A stretch of 64,000 bases of DNA from NCBI GenBank assembly GCA_963817155.1, contig CAWFNO010000012.1:67814-131813 (forward strand), in the 5' to 3' direction. The stretch is from an uncultured Pseudomonadota bacterium. GTDB lineage: Bacteria > Pseudomonadota > Alphaproteobacteria > Rhizobiales > Xanthobacteraceae. Position numbers and translations under genes: made by a program. A model generated the notes under the pieces. It made no database searches and was not told the origin of the DNA. It saw nothing but the letters and a program-made list of their open reading frames with translations. Each line of letters starts with the position of its first letter. The first letter of the stretch is position 1. This document shows, piece after piece, positions 37,081-48,373 of the stretch.

Positions 37081-37214
37081 GCGAGTTGCGCGCTCCTGCT
37101 TGCGCCCGAGCCTTTACCGCGTTCTACCCGCGGCGGGAAAGCTTTAGCCGAGAAGGGCAGCGGTTTAGCGGTGAACATCTTTTTGCAGTGCAGCACTTGT
37201 GCCCGCTGTCAAAA

Positions 37215-37259
37215 TGGCTAACCTGTGGGCAGTGGCGAATTTAGCCTAAAACATAGGCA
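37215..37259. promoter_or_regulatory. Two candidate NtrC-type sites upstream of dusB-ntrBC
   Basis: 17-bp TGGCTAACCTGTGGGCA (37215-37231) and AGCCTAAAACATAGGCA (37243-37259, GCCTA-N5-TAGGC palindrome) resemble TGC-N11-GCA. Confidence 0.5.
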
Positions 37260-37270
37260 CGGGCGACTTG

Positions 37271-38305
37271 ATGGCCAAATTCACGTCGTTTCGCGGACAA
37301 GCCTGGTCGATCGGCGGCGTGAGTGTGCCGAATCGCGTGATTTTGGCACCAATGTCGGGAACCACCGATGCGCCATTCCGCCGGCTGGCCGAACGGCTCG
37401 GCGCCGGGCTGGTGGTCTCGGAAATGACCGCGTGCGCTGCGCTCGTCGAAGGTCAGCGCGAGGCGCGGGTGCGCAGCGAGGGGCGCGGCGTCTGCATCCA
37501 TGTCGCGCAGCTTGCCGGCTGCGAGGCGCATTGGATGGCGGAAGGCGCCCGCATCGCCGAGGCGCATGGTGCGCAAATCATCGACATCAACATGGGCTGC
37601 CCGTCCAAGCAGGTGACCAACGGCGCGTCCGGTTCGGCGCTGATGCGCGATCTCGTTCACGCGCTACGCCTCGTCGAAGCGACCATCGCCGCCGTCGCTG
37701 TGCCGGTCACGTTGAAGATGCGGCTCGGCTGGGACCACGCAATGATTAATGCGCCGGAGTTGGCGCGCCGCGCGGAAGCAGCCGGCGTGCAAGCCATCAC
37801 CGTGCACGGCCGTACCCGCTGTCAGTTTTATGACGGCGCAGCCGATTGGGCGGCCATCCTCGCCGTCAAGCAAAGCGTGAGTATTCCGGTCGTCGTCAAT
37901 GGCGACATCCGCTCGTTCGAGGATGCGGACCGCGCGCTTGCGCACTCGGGTGCCGACGCCGTCATGGTCGGCCGCACGGCGCAGGGCAAGCCGTGGTTCC
38001 CCGGCCAGCTCGCGCGCTATCTCGCCACCGGCGAGCGGCAAGGTGCGCCGCCGCTCCCCGAGCAATGGGCGATGATTGATGCGCTTTACGACGACATGAT
38101 TGGCCATCATGGCGTGCACATCGGCCGTCGCCACGCCCGCAAGCATCTCGGCTGGGCCCTCGACGCTGCCGCGGCGACGGCAGGCGTGCCGGTCACGTTG
38201 CTGAAAGACCATCGCGCGCGCGTGCTCACTGCCGAGGAGCCGGCGCAAGCGCGTCGCCATCTCGCCGACGCTTACGACGCCTTCGCCTGGAGGGCCGCCG
38301 CATGA
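37271..38305 (+). CDS. dusB: tRNA-dihydrouridine synthase B (NifR3)
   Basis: [31 protein letters not shown]. Confidence 0.95.
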   Translation: MAKFTSFRGQAWSIGGVSVPNRVILAPMSGTTDAPFRRLAERLGAGLVVSEMTACAALVEGQREARVRSEGRGVCIHVAQLAGCEAHWMAEGARIAEAHGAQIIDINMGCPSKQVTNGASGSALMRDLVHALRLVEATIAAVAVPVTLKMRLGWDHAMINAPELARRAEAAGVQAITVHGRTRCQFYDGAADWAAILAVKQSVSIPVVVNGDIRSFEDADRALAHSGADAVMVGRTAQGKPWFPGQLARYLATGERQGAPPLPEQWAMIDALYDDMIGHHGVHIGRRHARKHLGWALDAAAATAGVPVTLLKDHRARVLTAEEPAQARRHLADAYDAFAWRAAA

Positions 38306-39447
38306 GCCGGGCGCATGCCATTTCCGCCACGACAGCGTCGCCCGCCGATGCCGTCATCAACGCCTTGCCGTTTCCGGTGATCATGGTGTCGGCCGACGGC
38401 AGGATCGTCGACGCCAACGTGGCGGCCGAGCAGTTTTTCGAAGCCTCGATCCCGATGCTGCGCCGGCACATGTTGCGCGATCTGGTGCCGTTCGGCTCGC
38501 CGCTGCTCACGCTGGTCGAGCAAGTACGCCGCACCAATTCCGCGGTGAACGAATACAAGGTCGACCTCGCCACGCCACGCAATCCGGGCGAGCGGCTGGT
38601 CGATCTCTACGTCGGGCCGGTGGCGGAATATCCGGATCACGTCGTGGTCATGCTGCAGGAGCGGACCATCGCCGACAAGATGGACCGCCAACTGACGCAT
38701 CGCGGCGCAGCACGGTCGGTGATCGCGCTTGCCGCCATGCTCGCGCATGAGATCAAGAATCCGCTGTCCGGCATTCGCGGCGCTGCGCAGCTGCTCGAGC
38801 AATCAGCGGGCGACGACGACCGCCCGCTGACGAAACTGATCTGCGACGAAACCGACCGCATCGTGAAGCTGGTCGACCGCATGGAGGTGTTTGCCGACGA
38901 GCGTCCGGTCGAGCGCGAGCCGGTCAACATTCACGCGGTGCTCGACCACGTGAACCGGCTGGCGCAGTCCGGTTTCGGCCGCCACATCAAATTCGTCGAG
39001 GAGTACGATCCGTCGCTGCCGCCGGTGCTCGCAAGCCGCGATCAACTGGTGCAGGTATTTCTCAATCTGATGAAAAACGCCGCCGAGGCGATCGGCGAGA
39101 GCGCAATCGACGGGGAAATCCAACTCACCACGGCGTTCCGCCCGGGCGTGCGCCTGTCGGTGCCCGGCAGCAAGGCGCGTGTGTCGTTGCCGCTCGAATT
39201 CTGCGTCAAGGACAACGGGCCGGGCGTTCCCGACGATTTGATGCCACACCTGTTCGACCCGTTCGTCACCACCAAGCCAACCGGCAGCGGGCTCGGGCTG
39301 GCACTGGTCGCGAAAATTGTCGGCGGCCACGGCGGCATCATCGAATGTAAATCGCAGCCGCGGCGGACGATCTTCCGTGTGCTGATGCCCATCTACAGCG
39401 GCGACGGCGCCGTCGCCGAGGATGCGCCGCCGGTGCAGAGCGAGTAA
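38302..39447 (+). CDS. ntrB: Nitrogen regulation histidine kinase NtrB
   Basis: PAS plus AHEIKNPL H-box, DNGPG, PFVTTK, GSGLGL. Confidence 0.95.
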   Translation: MSRAHAISATTASPADAVINALPFPVIMVSADGRIVDANVAAEQFFEASIPMLRRHMLRDLVPFGSPLLTLVEQVRRTNSAVNEYKVDLATPRNPGERLVDLYVGPVAEYPDHVVVMLQERTIADKMDRQLTHRGAARSVIALAAMLAHEIKNPLSGIRGAAQLLEQSAGDDDRPLTKLICDETDRIVKLVDRMEVFADERPVEREPVNIHAVLDHVNRLAQSGFGRHIKFVEEYDPSLPPVLASRDQLVQVFLNLMKNAAEAIGESAIDGEIQLTTAFRPGVRLSVPGSKARVSLPLEFCVKDNGPGVPDDLMPHLFDPFVTTKPTGSGLGLALVAKIVGGHGGIIECKSQPRRTIFRVLMPIYSGDGAVAEDAPPVQSE

Positions 39448-39451
39448 GGCG

Positions 39452-40894
39452 ATGCCGAGTGGAAGCATATTGGTTGCCGACGACGATGCCGCGATCCGCA
39501 CCGTCCTTAATCAGGCTTTGTCGCGCGCCGGTTACGAAGTTCGTCTGACGGGCAACGCCGCCACCCTGTGGCGCTGGGTCAGCCAGGGCGACGGCGATCT
39601 GGTCATCACCGACGTGGTGATGCCCGACGAAAACGCCTTCGATCTCCTTCCGCGCATCCGCAAGGCGCGGCCTGATTTGCCGGTCATCATCATGAGCGCG
39701 CAGAACACCTTCATGACGGCGATCCGTGCGTCCGAACGCGGCGCTTACGAATATCTGCCCAAGCCATTCGACCTGAAGGAGCTCATATCGATCGTCGGTC
39801 GGGCGCTGTCGGAGCCCAAAGAGAAAAAGCCGGCGGCGGCAAAATCGGAAGAGTTCGAGAATATTCCACTCGTCGGCCGCTCGCCAGCGATGCAGGAAAT
39901 CTACCGCGTACTGGCGCGGCTGATGCAGACCGATCTGACGGTGATGATTTCCGGCGAATCCGGCACTGGCAAGGAACTGGTGGCCAAGGCGCTGCACGAT
40001 TACGGCAAGCGGCGCACTGGCGCCTTCGTCGCCATCAACATGGCGGCGATCCCGCGCGACCTCATTGAGTCCGAACTGTTCGGCCACGAGAAGGGTGCTT
40101 TCACCGGCGCCAATACCCGCTCATCCGGGCGCTTCGAGCAGGCCGAAGGCGGCACGCTGTTCCTTGACGAAATCGGCGACATGCCGATGGAAGCGCAGAC
40201 CCGGCTGCTGCGCGTCTTGCAGCAGGGCGAGTACACGACGGTCGGCGGCCGCACACCGATCAAGAGCGACGTGCGCATCATCGCGGCGACCAACAAGGAT
40301 CTGCGGCAACTGATTCAACAGGGCCTGTTCCGCGAAGATTTGTTCTTCCGCCTAAATGTTGTGCCGCTGCGGCTGCCGCCGCTGCGCGAGCGCACCGAAG
40401 ACGTTCCCGATCTTATCCGTCACTTCTTCGCGCAGGCGCAACGCGAGGGCTTGCCCGCCAAGCAGATCGACCCGGTCGGCCTCGACCGGCTCAAGCGTCA
40501 TCGTTGGCCGGGCAATGTCCGCGAACTGGAAAACCTGGCGCGGCGGCTGGCGGCGCTTTATCCGCAGGAGACCATCACAGCGGCGGTGATCGAATCCGAG
40601 CTTGCCCAGCCGGCGTTGCAGGCCGGCAGCGAAAAGCCGCGCGCCGAGGAATCCTTGGGCGCGGCGGTCGAGCGGCATCTGACCACGTATTTCGCCGGGT
40701 TCGAGGACGGCATTCCGCCGGCCGGCCTCTATCACCGGGTCTTGCGTGAAATCGAATATCCGTTGCTTTCGGCGGCGCTTGCCGCCACGCGCGGCAATCA
40801 GATCCGCGCTGCCGACCTGCTGGGGGTCAACCGCAACACGCTGCGGAAGAAAATTCGCGACCTCGATATCCAGGTCTTCCGCGGCGGCAACTGA
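39452..40894 (+). CDS. ntrC: Nitrogen regulation response regulator NtrC
   Basis: [25 protein letters not shown], Fis-type HTH. Confidence 0.96.
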   Translation: MPSGSILVADDDAAIRTVLNQALSRAGYEVRLTGNAATLWRWVSQGDGDLVITDVVMPDENAFDLLPRIRKARPDLPVIIMSAQNTFMTAIRASERGAYEYLPKPFDLKELISIVGRALSEPKEKKPAAAKSEEFENIPLVGRSPAMQEIYRVLARLMQTDLTVMISGESGTGKELVAKALHDYGKRRTGAFVAINMAAIPRDLIESELFGHEKGAFTGANTRSSGRFEQAEGGTLFLDEIGDMPMEAQTRLLRVLQQGEYTTVGGRTPIKSDVRIIAATNKDLRQLIQQGLFREDLFFRLNVVPLRLPPLRERTEDVPDLIRHFFAQAQREGLPAKQIDPVGLDRLKRHRWPGNVRELENLARRLAALYPQETITAAVIESELAQPALQAGSEKPRAEESLGAAVERHLTTYFAGFEDGIPPAGLYHRVLREIEYPLLSAALAATRGNQIRAADLLGVNRNTLRKKIRDLDIQVFRGGN

Positions 40895-40935
40895 CTGGCG
40901 GACCGGGTCAGTCTATGGCTTTCATGCCGCGGATT

Positions 40936-40972
40936 TGTCGCAATTCGGCAACATTGTTGTATAAAAGCATCA
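40936..40972. promoter_or_regulatory. Tandem imperfect palindromes upstream of ntrY
   Basis: TGTCGC-N6-GCAACA (40936-40953) and TGTTGT-N6-GCATCA (40955-40972). Confidence 0.45.
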
Positions 40973-41051
40973 GTGCCGGGGTGGGCCGTTCGACCCAGCC
41001 CCATTTGCAATCATTGGGCGTTAGGGCCCTAGTTTGGGCCGACAGGGGCTT

Positions 41052-43289
41052 ATGAGCGTCGAACAGATCGCTATTGCCGAATCCGCGCCGGCCGAGCCGC
41101 TCGCCAAGCGGAGCGAAGTCCGCATCCTGGGATCGATCGCCGTCGGCCTCGCGCTGCTCTCGGCGTTCGTCACTTTCATCGTCCTCGCCGATCTCACGCC
41201 GATATCGCCCAACCACTACGTCGTGGTCACGCTGTTGCTGGCAAACGCGGCGACGGTGCTGCTGCTGATCGGAATCATAACGCGGGAAGTGTGGCAAGTG
41301 GTGCAGGCCCGCCGCAGCGGCCGCGCCGCGGCGCGCTTGCATGTGCGCATCGTCGGCTTGTTCTCGCTCGTCGCAGCGACGCCGGCGATCCTGGTCGCGA
41401 TCGTGGCGACGGTGACGCTTGACCGCGGACTCGACCGCTTATTCTCCGCCGACACGCGCTCGGCCATCGAGAATTCGCTCATCGTCGCCGAAGCGTACTT
41501 GCGCGATCACGCGCAGATCGTGCGCTCCGACATCATGGTCATGGCCTACGACATCGCGCGCAACAAATCTGTCTTCGACGAAGATCACGCCAAGCTGCCG
41601 CAATTCCTGACCTTCCAGGCTTCGGTGCGCGGGCTCGCGGCGGCGATCGTGCTCGACAAGGGCCTCAACGTTATCGCGCGCGCAGAAATGCGGAGCGACG
41701 AGACGTTTGCCTTGCCGCCGCGCGAGGCGCTGGCGCAGATCACCGACAAGAACCCGCAAATCGTGCTGCTGCCCGACACGAATTATGTCGCAGCGATATT
41801 GCGGCTGCCGCAATACGACAACGAGTTTCTTTACGTGACGCGGCTACTCGACCCGCGCGTGGTGCCGCAAGTGCAGGCGACGCGGGCGCGCGTGCAGGAA
41901 TATGCCGCAATAGAGCAAAGGCGGGTCGGCGTGCAGGTCGCCTTCGCGTTGATGTACACAGTGATCGCGCTGACCGTGCTGCTGTCTGCCGTGTGGATCG
42001 GCCTGAACTTCGCCAACCGCCTTGTCGCGCCGATCCGCCGCCTCATCGGTGCTGCCAATCTGGTCTCGACAGGCGATCTTTTCGTGCGCGTACCGGTGCG
42101 CCAGTCGGAAGGCGACCTCGCGCATCTTGGCGAGACCTTCAACCGCATGACGCAGGAGCTGCGCGTGCAGCGCGACGATATCGTGCGCGCCCGCGATGTC
42201 ATCGATAGCCGCCGCCGTTTCACCGAAGCGGTATTGGCCGGCGCCTCGGCCGGCGTCATTGGCGTCGACGGCCATGGTTGCGTGAGCATTCTCAACCGCT
42301 CGGCGGAAAAACTGATCGGCCGCAGCGAAGCGGAAGCGCTCGGCCGGCCGTTGGTCGAGATCATGCCCGAACTCGCCGAAATTACCGCGACAGTACAGTC
42401 GGGCGCACAGCGTCTCGCGCAGGACCAGGTGACGATTAGCCGCAACGGGCGCGAGCGCAACCTCTCGGTGCGCGTCACTAGCGAGGAATCGGGGCAAACC
42501 GAACACGACTATGTCGTCACCCTCGACGACATCACTGATCTGGTCTCGGCGCAACGCACCTCTGCCTGGGCCGACGTTGCGCGCCGCATAGCCCACGAAA
42601 TCAAGAACCCGCTTACCCCGATCCAGCTTTCGGCGGAACGGCTGCGCCGCAAATACGGCGGCATGATCGGCGAGGACCGCACCGTTTTCGACCAATGCAC
42701 CGACACGATCGTGCGCCAGGTCGACGACATCAAGCGCATGGTCGATGAGTTTTCCCGATTTGCCCGCATGCCCAAGCCGGTGATGACCGCCGAAGACGTG
42801 GCCGACACCGTGCGGCAAACCGTGTTCCTCATGCGCGTCGGTCTCGCCGAAATCGATATCGAGACGGACGTCGCCGAAGATCCGATGCCGGCGCATTTCG
42901 ATCGCCGGCTGATGTCGCAAGCGCTCACCAACATCATCAAGAATGCCGGCGAGGCGATTGCCGCGGTGCCGGCGGCCGAGCTTGGCAAGGGATTGATCCG
43001 CTTGTCCGCCGCGCGCGACGGTGACGACATCGTCATCGACGTGATCGACAACGGCATCGGCTTGCCCAAGGAAAACCGCGGCCGCCTGCTCGAGCCCTAC
43101 GTCACCACACGCGAGAAGGGGACGGGCCTCGGCCTTGCCATCGTCGGCCGCATCATCGAGGACCACGGCGGCCGGATCGAATTGCGCGACGCTGGCGACA
43201 AGATCCCAGGCCAGCGCGGCGCCTGGGTGCGCGTACGCTTCGTCGCCGCCGGTCACACCCCAGCCGAACAAAGAGAAAAGGCCGAGTGA
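41052..43289 (+). CDS. ntrY: Sensor histidine kinase NtrY
   Basis: TMs, [34 protein letters not shown]. Confidence 0.95.
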   Translation: MSVEQIAIAESAPAEPLAKRSEVRILGSIAVGLALLSAFVTFIVLADLTPISPNHYVVVTLLLANAATVLLLIGIITREVWQVVQARRSGRAAARLHVRIVGLFSLVAATPAILVAIVATVTLDRGLDRLFSADTRSAIENSLIVAEAYLRDHAQIVRSDIMVMAYDIARNKSVFDEDHAKLPQFLTFQASVRGLAAAIVLDKGLNVIARAEMRSDETFALPPREALAQITDKNPQIVLLPDTNYVAAILRLPQYDNEFLYVTRLLDPRVVPQVQATRARVQEYAAIEQRRVGVQVAFALMYTVIALTVLLSAVWIGLNFANRLVAPIRRLIGAANLVSTGDLFVRVPVRQSEGDLAHLGETFNRMTQELRVQRDDIVRARDVIDSRRRFTEAVLAGASAGVIGVDGHGCVSILNRSAEKLIGRSEAEALGRPLVEIMPELAEITATVQSGAQRLAQDQVTISRNGRERNLSVRVTSEESGQTEHDYVVTLDDITDLVSAQRTSAWADVARRIAHEIKNPLTPIQLSAERLRRKYGGMIGEDRTVFDQCTDTIVRQVDDIKRMVDEFSRFARMPKPVMTAEDVADTVRQTVFLMRVGLAEIDIETDVAEDPMPAHFDRRLMSQALTNIIKNAGEAIAAVPAAELGKGLIRLSAARDGDDIVIDVIDNGIGLPKENRGRLLEPYVTTREKGTGLGLAIVGRIIEDHGGRIELRDAGDKIPGQRGAWVRVRFVAAGHTPAEQREKAE

Positions 43290-43297
43290 GTAGTGTC

Positions 43298-44668
43298 ATG
43301 CCTGCCGATATTCTGATCGTCGATGATGAAGCAGATATCCGCGATCTGGTCGCGGGCATCCTGCAGGACGAGGGCTACGCCGCGCGCACCGCGCGCAACA
43401 GCGACGACGCCATGGCGGCCATCGTCGCTCAGCGGCCCAATCTGGTGTTTCTAGACATCTGGCTGCAAGGCTCAAAGCTCGACGGCCTGCAGCTGCTCGA
43501 TGCTATCAAGCTGGAATACCCCGAAGTGCCGGTGGTGATGATCTCCGGCCACGGCAACATCGAAACCGCGGTCGCGGCCATCAAGCGCGGCGCCTATGAT
43601 TTCATCGAAAAGCCGTTCAAAGCCGACCGGCTAGTGCTGGTCGCCGACCGTGCGCTGGAGACTTCGCGCCTCAAGCGCGAGGTCAAGCAGCTCAAGCAGC
43701 TGGCGCCGTTGCCGACGACGCTGATCGGGCGCTCCGCGGCCATCGGTCAGTTGCGCCAGGTGATCGACAAGGTGGCGCCGACTAACAGCCGCATCCTCAT
43801 CGTCGGGCCCTCGGGCTCCGGCAAGGAGCTCGCCGCGCGCACCATTCATCAACTGTCGGCGCGCGCCAGCGGACCATTTATCGTCGTCAATGCCGCGGCG
43901 ATCACGCCGGAGCGCATGGAAATCGAGCTGTTCGGCGTCGATCAGTCCAACGGCTCGGACGGGCGCAAGCCCGGCGCGCTGGAAGAGGCGCATGGCGGCA
44001 CGCTGTTCTTCGACGACATCGCCGATCTCCCGCGCGAATCGCAGAACAAGATCCTGCGTGTGCTGGTCGATCAGACCTTCCTACGCGTCGGCGGCAATGC
44101 CAAGATCGCCGTCGATGTGCGCATCGTTTCCTCCACCGCACGAAATCTGGAAGCTGCGATTGCCGAGGGAAAATTCCGCGAGGACCTTTATCACCGTCTT
44201 TCCGTGGTGCCGATCCGCGTGCCGCCGCTCGCCGAGCGACGTGATGACATCCCCGATCTGGTCAACTATTGCATGGAGCAGATTTCGCTGGCCACCGGCC
44301 TGCCCAAGCGGCGCATCGGCGAGGACGCGATGGCGGTGCTGCAATCGCACGACTGGCCGGGCAATGTACGGCAGCTGCGCAACAATATCGAGCGGCTGAT
44401 GATTCTGGCCGGTGGCGATGCGGATGCGGTGATCAACGCCAGCATGCTGCCGCCAGACGTCGGCTCGATGGTGCCGGGCATGCCCAATGGCCACGGCGGC
44501 GAGCAACTGATGGGCCTGCCGCTGCGCGACGCGCGCGAAGTCTTCGAGCGCGAATATCTGGTGGCGCAGATTTCCCGCTTCGGCGGCAACATCTCGCGCA
44601 CCGCCGAATTTGTCGGCATGGAGCGTTCGGCGCTCCATCGCAAGCTGAAAGCGCTGGGGATAGGGTAG
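43298..44668 (+). CDS. ntrX: Response regulator NtrX
   Basis: LDIWLQ, ISGHG, GPSGSGKE, no GAFTGA, GMERSALHRKLK. Confidence 0.95.
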   Translation: MPADILIVDDEADIRDLVAGILQDEGYAARTARNSDDAMAAIVAQRPNLVFLDIWLQGSKLDGLQLLDAIKLEYPEVPVVMISGHGNIETAVAAIKRGAYDFIEKPFKADRLVLVADRALETSRLKREVKQLKQLAPLPTTLIGRSAAIGQLRQVIDKVAPTNSRILIVGPSGSGKELAARTIHQLSARASGPFIVVNAAAITPERMEIELFGVDQSNGSDGRKPGALEEAHGGTLFFDDIADLPRESQNKILRVLVDQTFLRVGGNAKIAVDVRIVSSTARNLEAAIAEGKFREDLYHRLSVVPIRVPPLAERRDDIPDLVNYCMEQISLATGLPKRRIGEDAMAVLQSHDWPGNVRQLRNNIERLMILAGGDADAVINASMLPPDVGSMVPGMPNGHGGEQLMGLPLRDAREVFEREYLVAQISRFGGNISRTAEFVGMERSALHRKLKALGIG

Positions 44669-44675
44669 CTCTTCA

Positions 44676-45533
44676 ATGTCCCGCATCGCCTACGTCAACG
44701 GCCGCTATCTTCCGCACGCGCATGCCAAAGTCTCGATCGAGGACCGCGGCTATCAGTTCGCCGACGGCGTCTACGAGGTCTGCGAGGTGCGGGGCAGCAA
44801 ACTGGTGGATGAGCGCCGCCACATGGCGCGGCTCAACCGCTCGCTCGGCGAATTGCGGCTGCCGAGCCCGATGTCGGCCGCGGCGCTCGGCATCGTCATG
44901 CGCGAGACGATCCGGCGCAACCGCGTGCGCGACGGCATCGTCTATCTGCAAATTACCCGCGGCACCGCGCCACGTGATTTTGCCTTTCCGCCGGCCGGCA
45001 CGCGGGAATCGGTGGTAGTGACGGCGCATGCTAACGACCTTGCTTGGCTCGAGCAGATGGCCGCCGAAGGGATCACGGTCGTCACCGTGCCCGACATCCG
45101 ATGGCAGCGCGTCGACGTCAAATCGGTGGCGCTGTTGCCCAATGTGCTGGCGAAGCAAGCCGCGCGCGAGGCCGGCGCGCGCGAGGCCTGGCTGGTCGAC
45201 GCCACGGGCCGCGTCACCGAAGGCGCATCATCCACGGCCTGGATCGTCGCCCGCGACAGCAAACTGATCACGCATCCGCTCGGCCGCGATATTCTGCCCG
45301 GCATTACCCGCTCGGTGGTAATCGACGTCATCAAGGCGCAAGGATTGGCCTTCGAGGAGCGGGCCTTCACCATCGAGGAGGCGTACGCGGCTCGCGAAGC
45401 CTTCATCACCTCGGCGAGCCAGATCGTGCTGCCGGTGGTCATGATCGATGGCCGCCCGGTCGGCAATGGCGCGCCCGGCATGATTGCCACGGCATTGCGC
45501 CGCGACTACCACCGCCACGCCGAAATCAGCTGA
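44676..45533 (+). CDS. dat: D-amino-acid aminotransferase (class IV PLP)
   Basis: [34 protein letters not shown]. Confidence 0.9.
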   Translation: MSRIAYVNGRYLPHAHAKVSIEDRGYQFADGVYEVCEVRGSKLVDERRHMARLNRSLGELRLPSPMSAAALGIVMRETIRRNRVRDGIVYLQITRGTAPRDFAFPPAGTRESVVVTAHANDLAWLEQMAAEGITVVTVPDIRWQRVDVKSVALLPNVLAKQAAREAGAREAWLVDATGRVTEGASSTAWIVARDSKLITHPLGRDILPGITRSVVIDVIKAQGLAFEERAFTIEEAYAAREAFITSASQIVLPVVMIDGRPVGNGAPGMIATALRRDYHRHAEIS

Positions 45534-45759
45534 CGCTTACGACCGCGCAGCGCCAAAAATCCATAATATTTCAGTTATTTGCGGGCAGGGGGTCCAACTT
45601 GCGCTTGCACCCGGGTCGCACCTGCCATCTAATAGTCGCTCTTGGGACTGGCGCGCTTCGCGAAGGGGCGAAGCGACGCATACGGCTGAACTACATATGT
45701 TTCAGTCCCGGGCAACGAAGGTCCCGCGCTTAAAGACGCGGGCAATAAGGAACACGGCC

Positions 45760-46017
45760 ATGGCAGCCGAACGAGCACAAAATCTACAAGACACTTTTCT
45801 CAATCATGTCCGCAAAAGCAAAGTCCCGCTGACCATATTTCTGGTAAATGGGGTGAAATTGCAGGGCGTTGTCACCTGGTTCGATAATTTCTGCGTACTG
45901 CTGCGGCGGGACGGGCATTCGCAGCTCGTCTACAAGCACGCGATCTCGACCATCATGCCGGGTCATCCGATCCAGCTGTTCGAGGGCGGCGAGGATGCCC
46001 CGCCGGAAAAGGCGTAG
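45760..46017 (+). CDS. hfq: RNA chaperone Hfq
   Basis: [25 protein letters not shown]; AAGGA RBS. Confidence 0.97.
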   Translation: MAAERAQNLQDTFLNHVRKSKVPLTIFLVNGVKLQGVVTWFDNFCVLLRRDGHSQLVYKHAISTIMPGHPIQLFEGGEDAPPEKA

Positions 46018-47382
46018 TTGGAACCGCGCCGGCGTGACGACAGCACCGGTCGGCTGAGCGCCACGCGCTCGGAGACCGGGCGCGCCGTCGTCATCGAACC
46101 GTGGCTCAAACGCTCGACCGCGCGCGGCGCCGCACGTGAACTGGCGCAAACACGCACGCCCGAGGCGCGGCTGGACGAGGCAGTGGGTCTCGCGCGCGCC
46201 ATCGATCTCAATGTGGTGGAAGCGGGCCTGGTCACGCTCAACGCGTTGCGGCCGGCGACCTATGTCGGCAAAGGCAAGGTGGATGAGATCGCCGGACTCG
46301 CCAAAAGTCTCGAAGCTTCCGTCGTGGTGATGGACTGCCCGGTCTCGCCGGTGCAGCAGCGCAATTTGGAGAAGGCCTGGAATGCCAAGGTCGTCGACCG
46401 CACCGGCTTGATCCTGGAAATCTTCGGTCGCCGCGCACGCACGCGCGAAGGCGCGCTGCAGGTCGAGCACGCGCATCTGAATTACCAGAAGAGCCGGCTG
46501 GTGCGCTCATGGACGCATCTCGAACGCCAGCGCGGCGGCTTCGGCTTTCTCGGCGGACCCGGCGAAACGCAGCTCGAAGCCGACCGCCGCGTCATCGAGG
46601 ACCGCATCAAGCGCATCGAGGCCGAACTCGAAGGCGTCAATCGTACCCGCAAGCTGCACCGCGACAGCCGCAAGCGCGTGCCGTATCCGATTGTTGCGCT
46701 GGTCGGCTACACCAACGCCGGCAAGTCGACGCTGTTCAACCGCATGACCGCGGCAACGGTGCTCTCAGCCGACATGCTGTTCGCCACGCTCGATCCGACG
46801 CTTCGCGCCGTCGACCTGCCGCGCGGCAACCGCGTCATCTTGTCCGATACCGTGGGCTTTATCTCGGATCTGCCGACCATGCTGGTGGCGGCGTTCCGCG
46901 CCACGCTGGAGGAGGTAATCGAGGCCGACGCCATCCTACATGTGCGCGATGTCTCGCACGAGGATACCGCCGCGCAGGCGCATGACGTCGAAACGGTGTT
47001 GGAAGGATTGGGCATCGCGCCGACCGACCGCCGGCTGATCGAAATCTGGAACAAGATCGACCGGCTCGACGCGGAAGCGCTCGCGCGGGTCATCAACCTG
47101 GCCGAGCGGCAGCCGGCGGAGCGGCGGCCGGTGCTGGTGTCGGCGCTCAGCGGCGAGGGGATCGGTCTCCTGACTTCGGCGATCGAAGCGCGCCTCGGCG
47201 AGAACCGGCAGACGCTGCATCTGGTGCTCGATCCAGCCGACGGCGCGGGCTTGAGCTGGCTCTACCGCCATGCCGAAGTACTGTCGCGGGAGATGCGCGA
47301 GGACGGGCAGATGGCGGTCAATGTGCGCGCCGACGCGATGAACGCCGATATGGTTCGGCACAAGTACCGTCAGGCAATTTAA
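46018..47382 (+). CDS. hflX: Ribosome-splitting GTPase HflX
   Basis: GPGETQLE, GYTNAGKS, FATLD, DTVGFI, NKID. Confidence 0.96.
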   Translation: MEPRRRDDSTGRLSATRSETGRAVVIEPWLKRSTARGAARELAQTRTPEARLDEAVGLARAIDLNVVEAGLVTLNALRPATYVGKGKVDEIAGLAKSLEASVVVMDCPVSPVQQRNLEKAWNAKVVDRTGLILEIFGRRARTREGALQVEHAHLNYQKSRLVRSWTHLERQRGGFGFLGGPGETQLEADRRVIEDRIKRIEAELEGVNRTRKLHRDSRKRVPYPIVALVGYTNAGKSTLFNRMTAATVLSADMLFATLDPTLRAVDLPRGNRVILSDTVGFISDLPTMLVAAFRATLEEVIEADAILHVRDVSHEDTAAQAHDVETVLEGLGIAPTDRRLIEIWNKIDRLDAEALARVINLAERQPAERRPVLVSALSGEGIGLLTSAIEARLGENRQTLHLVLDPADGAGLSWLYRHAEVLSREMREDGQMAVNVRADAMNADMVRHKYRQAI

Positions 47383-48182
47383 CTTTCGCTGGCTTTTTCG
47401 GCGGCTTTCGCCTCATCCCACAGCGCGTCCATTTCGGCGAGAGTGGCGTCCTTAGGCTTTTTCCCGCGTGTTGCGAGGGCTTTCTCGATTGCCGCGAAGC
47501 GGCGTTCGAATTTGACGTTGGTGGCGCGCAGCAGGCCCTCAGGGTCGGCCTGCAAATGCCGGGCGAGATTGACCACGGCAAACAGCAGATCACCCACCTC
47601 GGCCGCGGCCTTTTCCCGCTTGTCGAGCTCGGCTTCTATCTCGTCGGCTTCCTCGCGGATTTTGGCCAAAACGGCGCGTGGATCGTTCCAGTCGAAGCCG
47701 ACGTGTCTGGCCTTGGCCTGCAGTTTCAGCGCCCGGGTTAACGCGGGCAGGGCGACCGGAACGCCGGCGAGGGCTCCCTCCTCAGCCGTCTTGCCGCTCT
47801 CGGCCTTTTCCTCGGCTTTGATGCGCTCCCAAAGGCCCTTCACCATTTCCGCGGTATGGCCGTCGGCATCGGCAAAGACGTGCGGGTGGCGCCGGACCAG
47901 CTTGCTGGTGATGCCGTCCACCACGTCGCCGAAATCGAAGGCGCCTTGCTCCTGCGCCATGCGGGCGTGGAACACCACCTGCAGCAGCAGGTCGCCAAGC
48001 TCATCCTTCAGGTCGCCGAGGTCACCACGGGCGATGGCGTCGGCCACCTCGTAGGCTTCCTCCAATGTGTAGGGCGCAACCGTCGCGAAGTTCTGCTCCA
48101 GGTCCCAGGGGCACCCGCTGCCGGGCGTGCGCAGGGCCGCCATGATCTCGATCAGCCGGCCGATGTCGCGGGAGGGTTTCAC
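47379..48182 (-). CDS. mazG: Nucleoside triphosphate pyrophosphohydrolase MazG
   Basis: GCPWD, EEAYEV, ELGDLL, RRHPHVF, second EVGDLLF repeat. Confidence 0.95.
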   Translation of the reverse strand: MKPSRDIGRLIEIMAALRTPGSGCPWDLEQNFATVAPYTLEEAYEVADAIARGDLGDLKDELGDLLLQVVFHARMAQEQGAFDFGDVVDGITSKLVRRHPHVFADADGHTAEMVKGLWERIKAEEKAESGKTAEEGALAGVPVALPALTRALKLQAKARHVGFDWNDPRAVLAKIREEADEIEAELDKREKAAAEVGDLLFAVVNLARHLQADPEGLLRATNVKFERRFAAIEKALATRGKKPKDATLAEMDALWDEAKAAEKASES

Positions 48183-48204
48183 GCCGTTGCCCCCAACATC
48201 GTCT

Positions 48205-48232
48205 GATTCGCATAAGACATATTATGGAATAT
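48205..48232 (+). other. Chromosome dimer resolution site dif (XerC/XerD)
   Basis: GATTCGCATAA-GACATA-TTATGGAATAT has the 11-6-11 layout of E. coli dif (GGTGCGCATAA-TGTATA-TTATGTTAAAT); it lies in an AT-rich intergenic gap. Confidence 0.88.
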
Positions 48233-48373
48233 TCTTACTATGGCCGTGAATATTGGCCAGTTTAACGACCTGAAAGAAGACATTAGAGTAAATTCAGCTC
48301 GTTTGTTGCAGAAAACTATCATGACTAAGCCTAATAAAATCAATCTCTTTTGGCGATTTGCTTGTAAACAACA

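Noticed and set aside
43298-44668. Missing GAFTGA motif in an NtrC-like protein
   Set aside because: This is a known normal property of NtrX.
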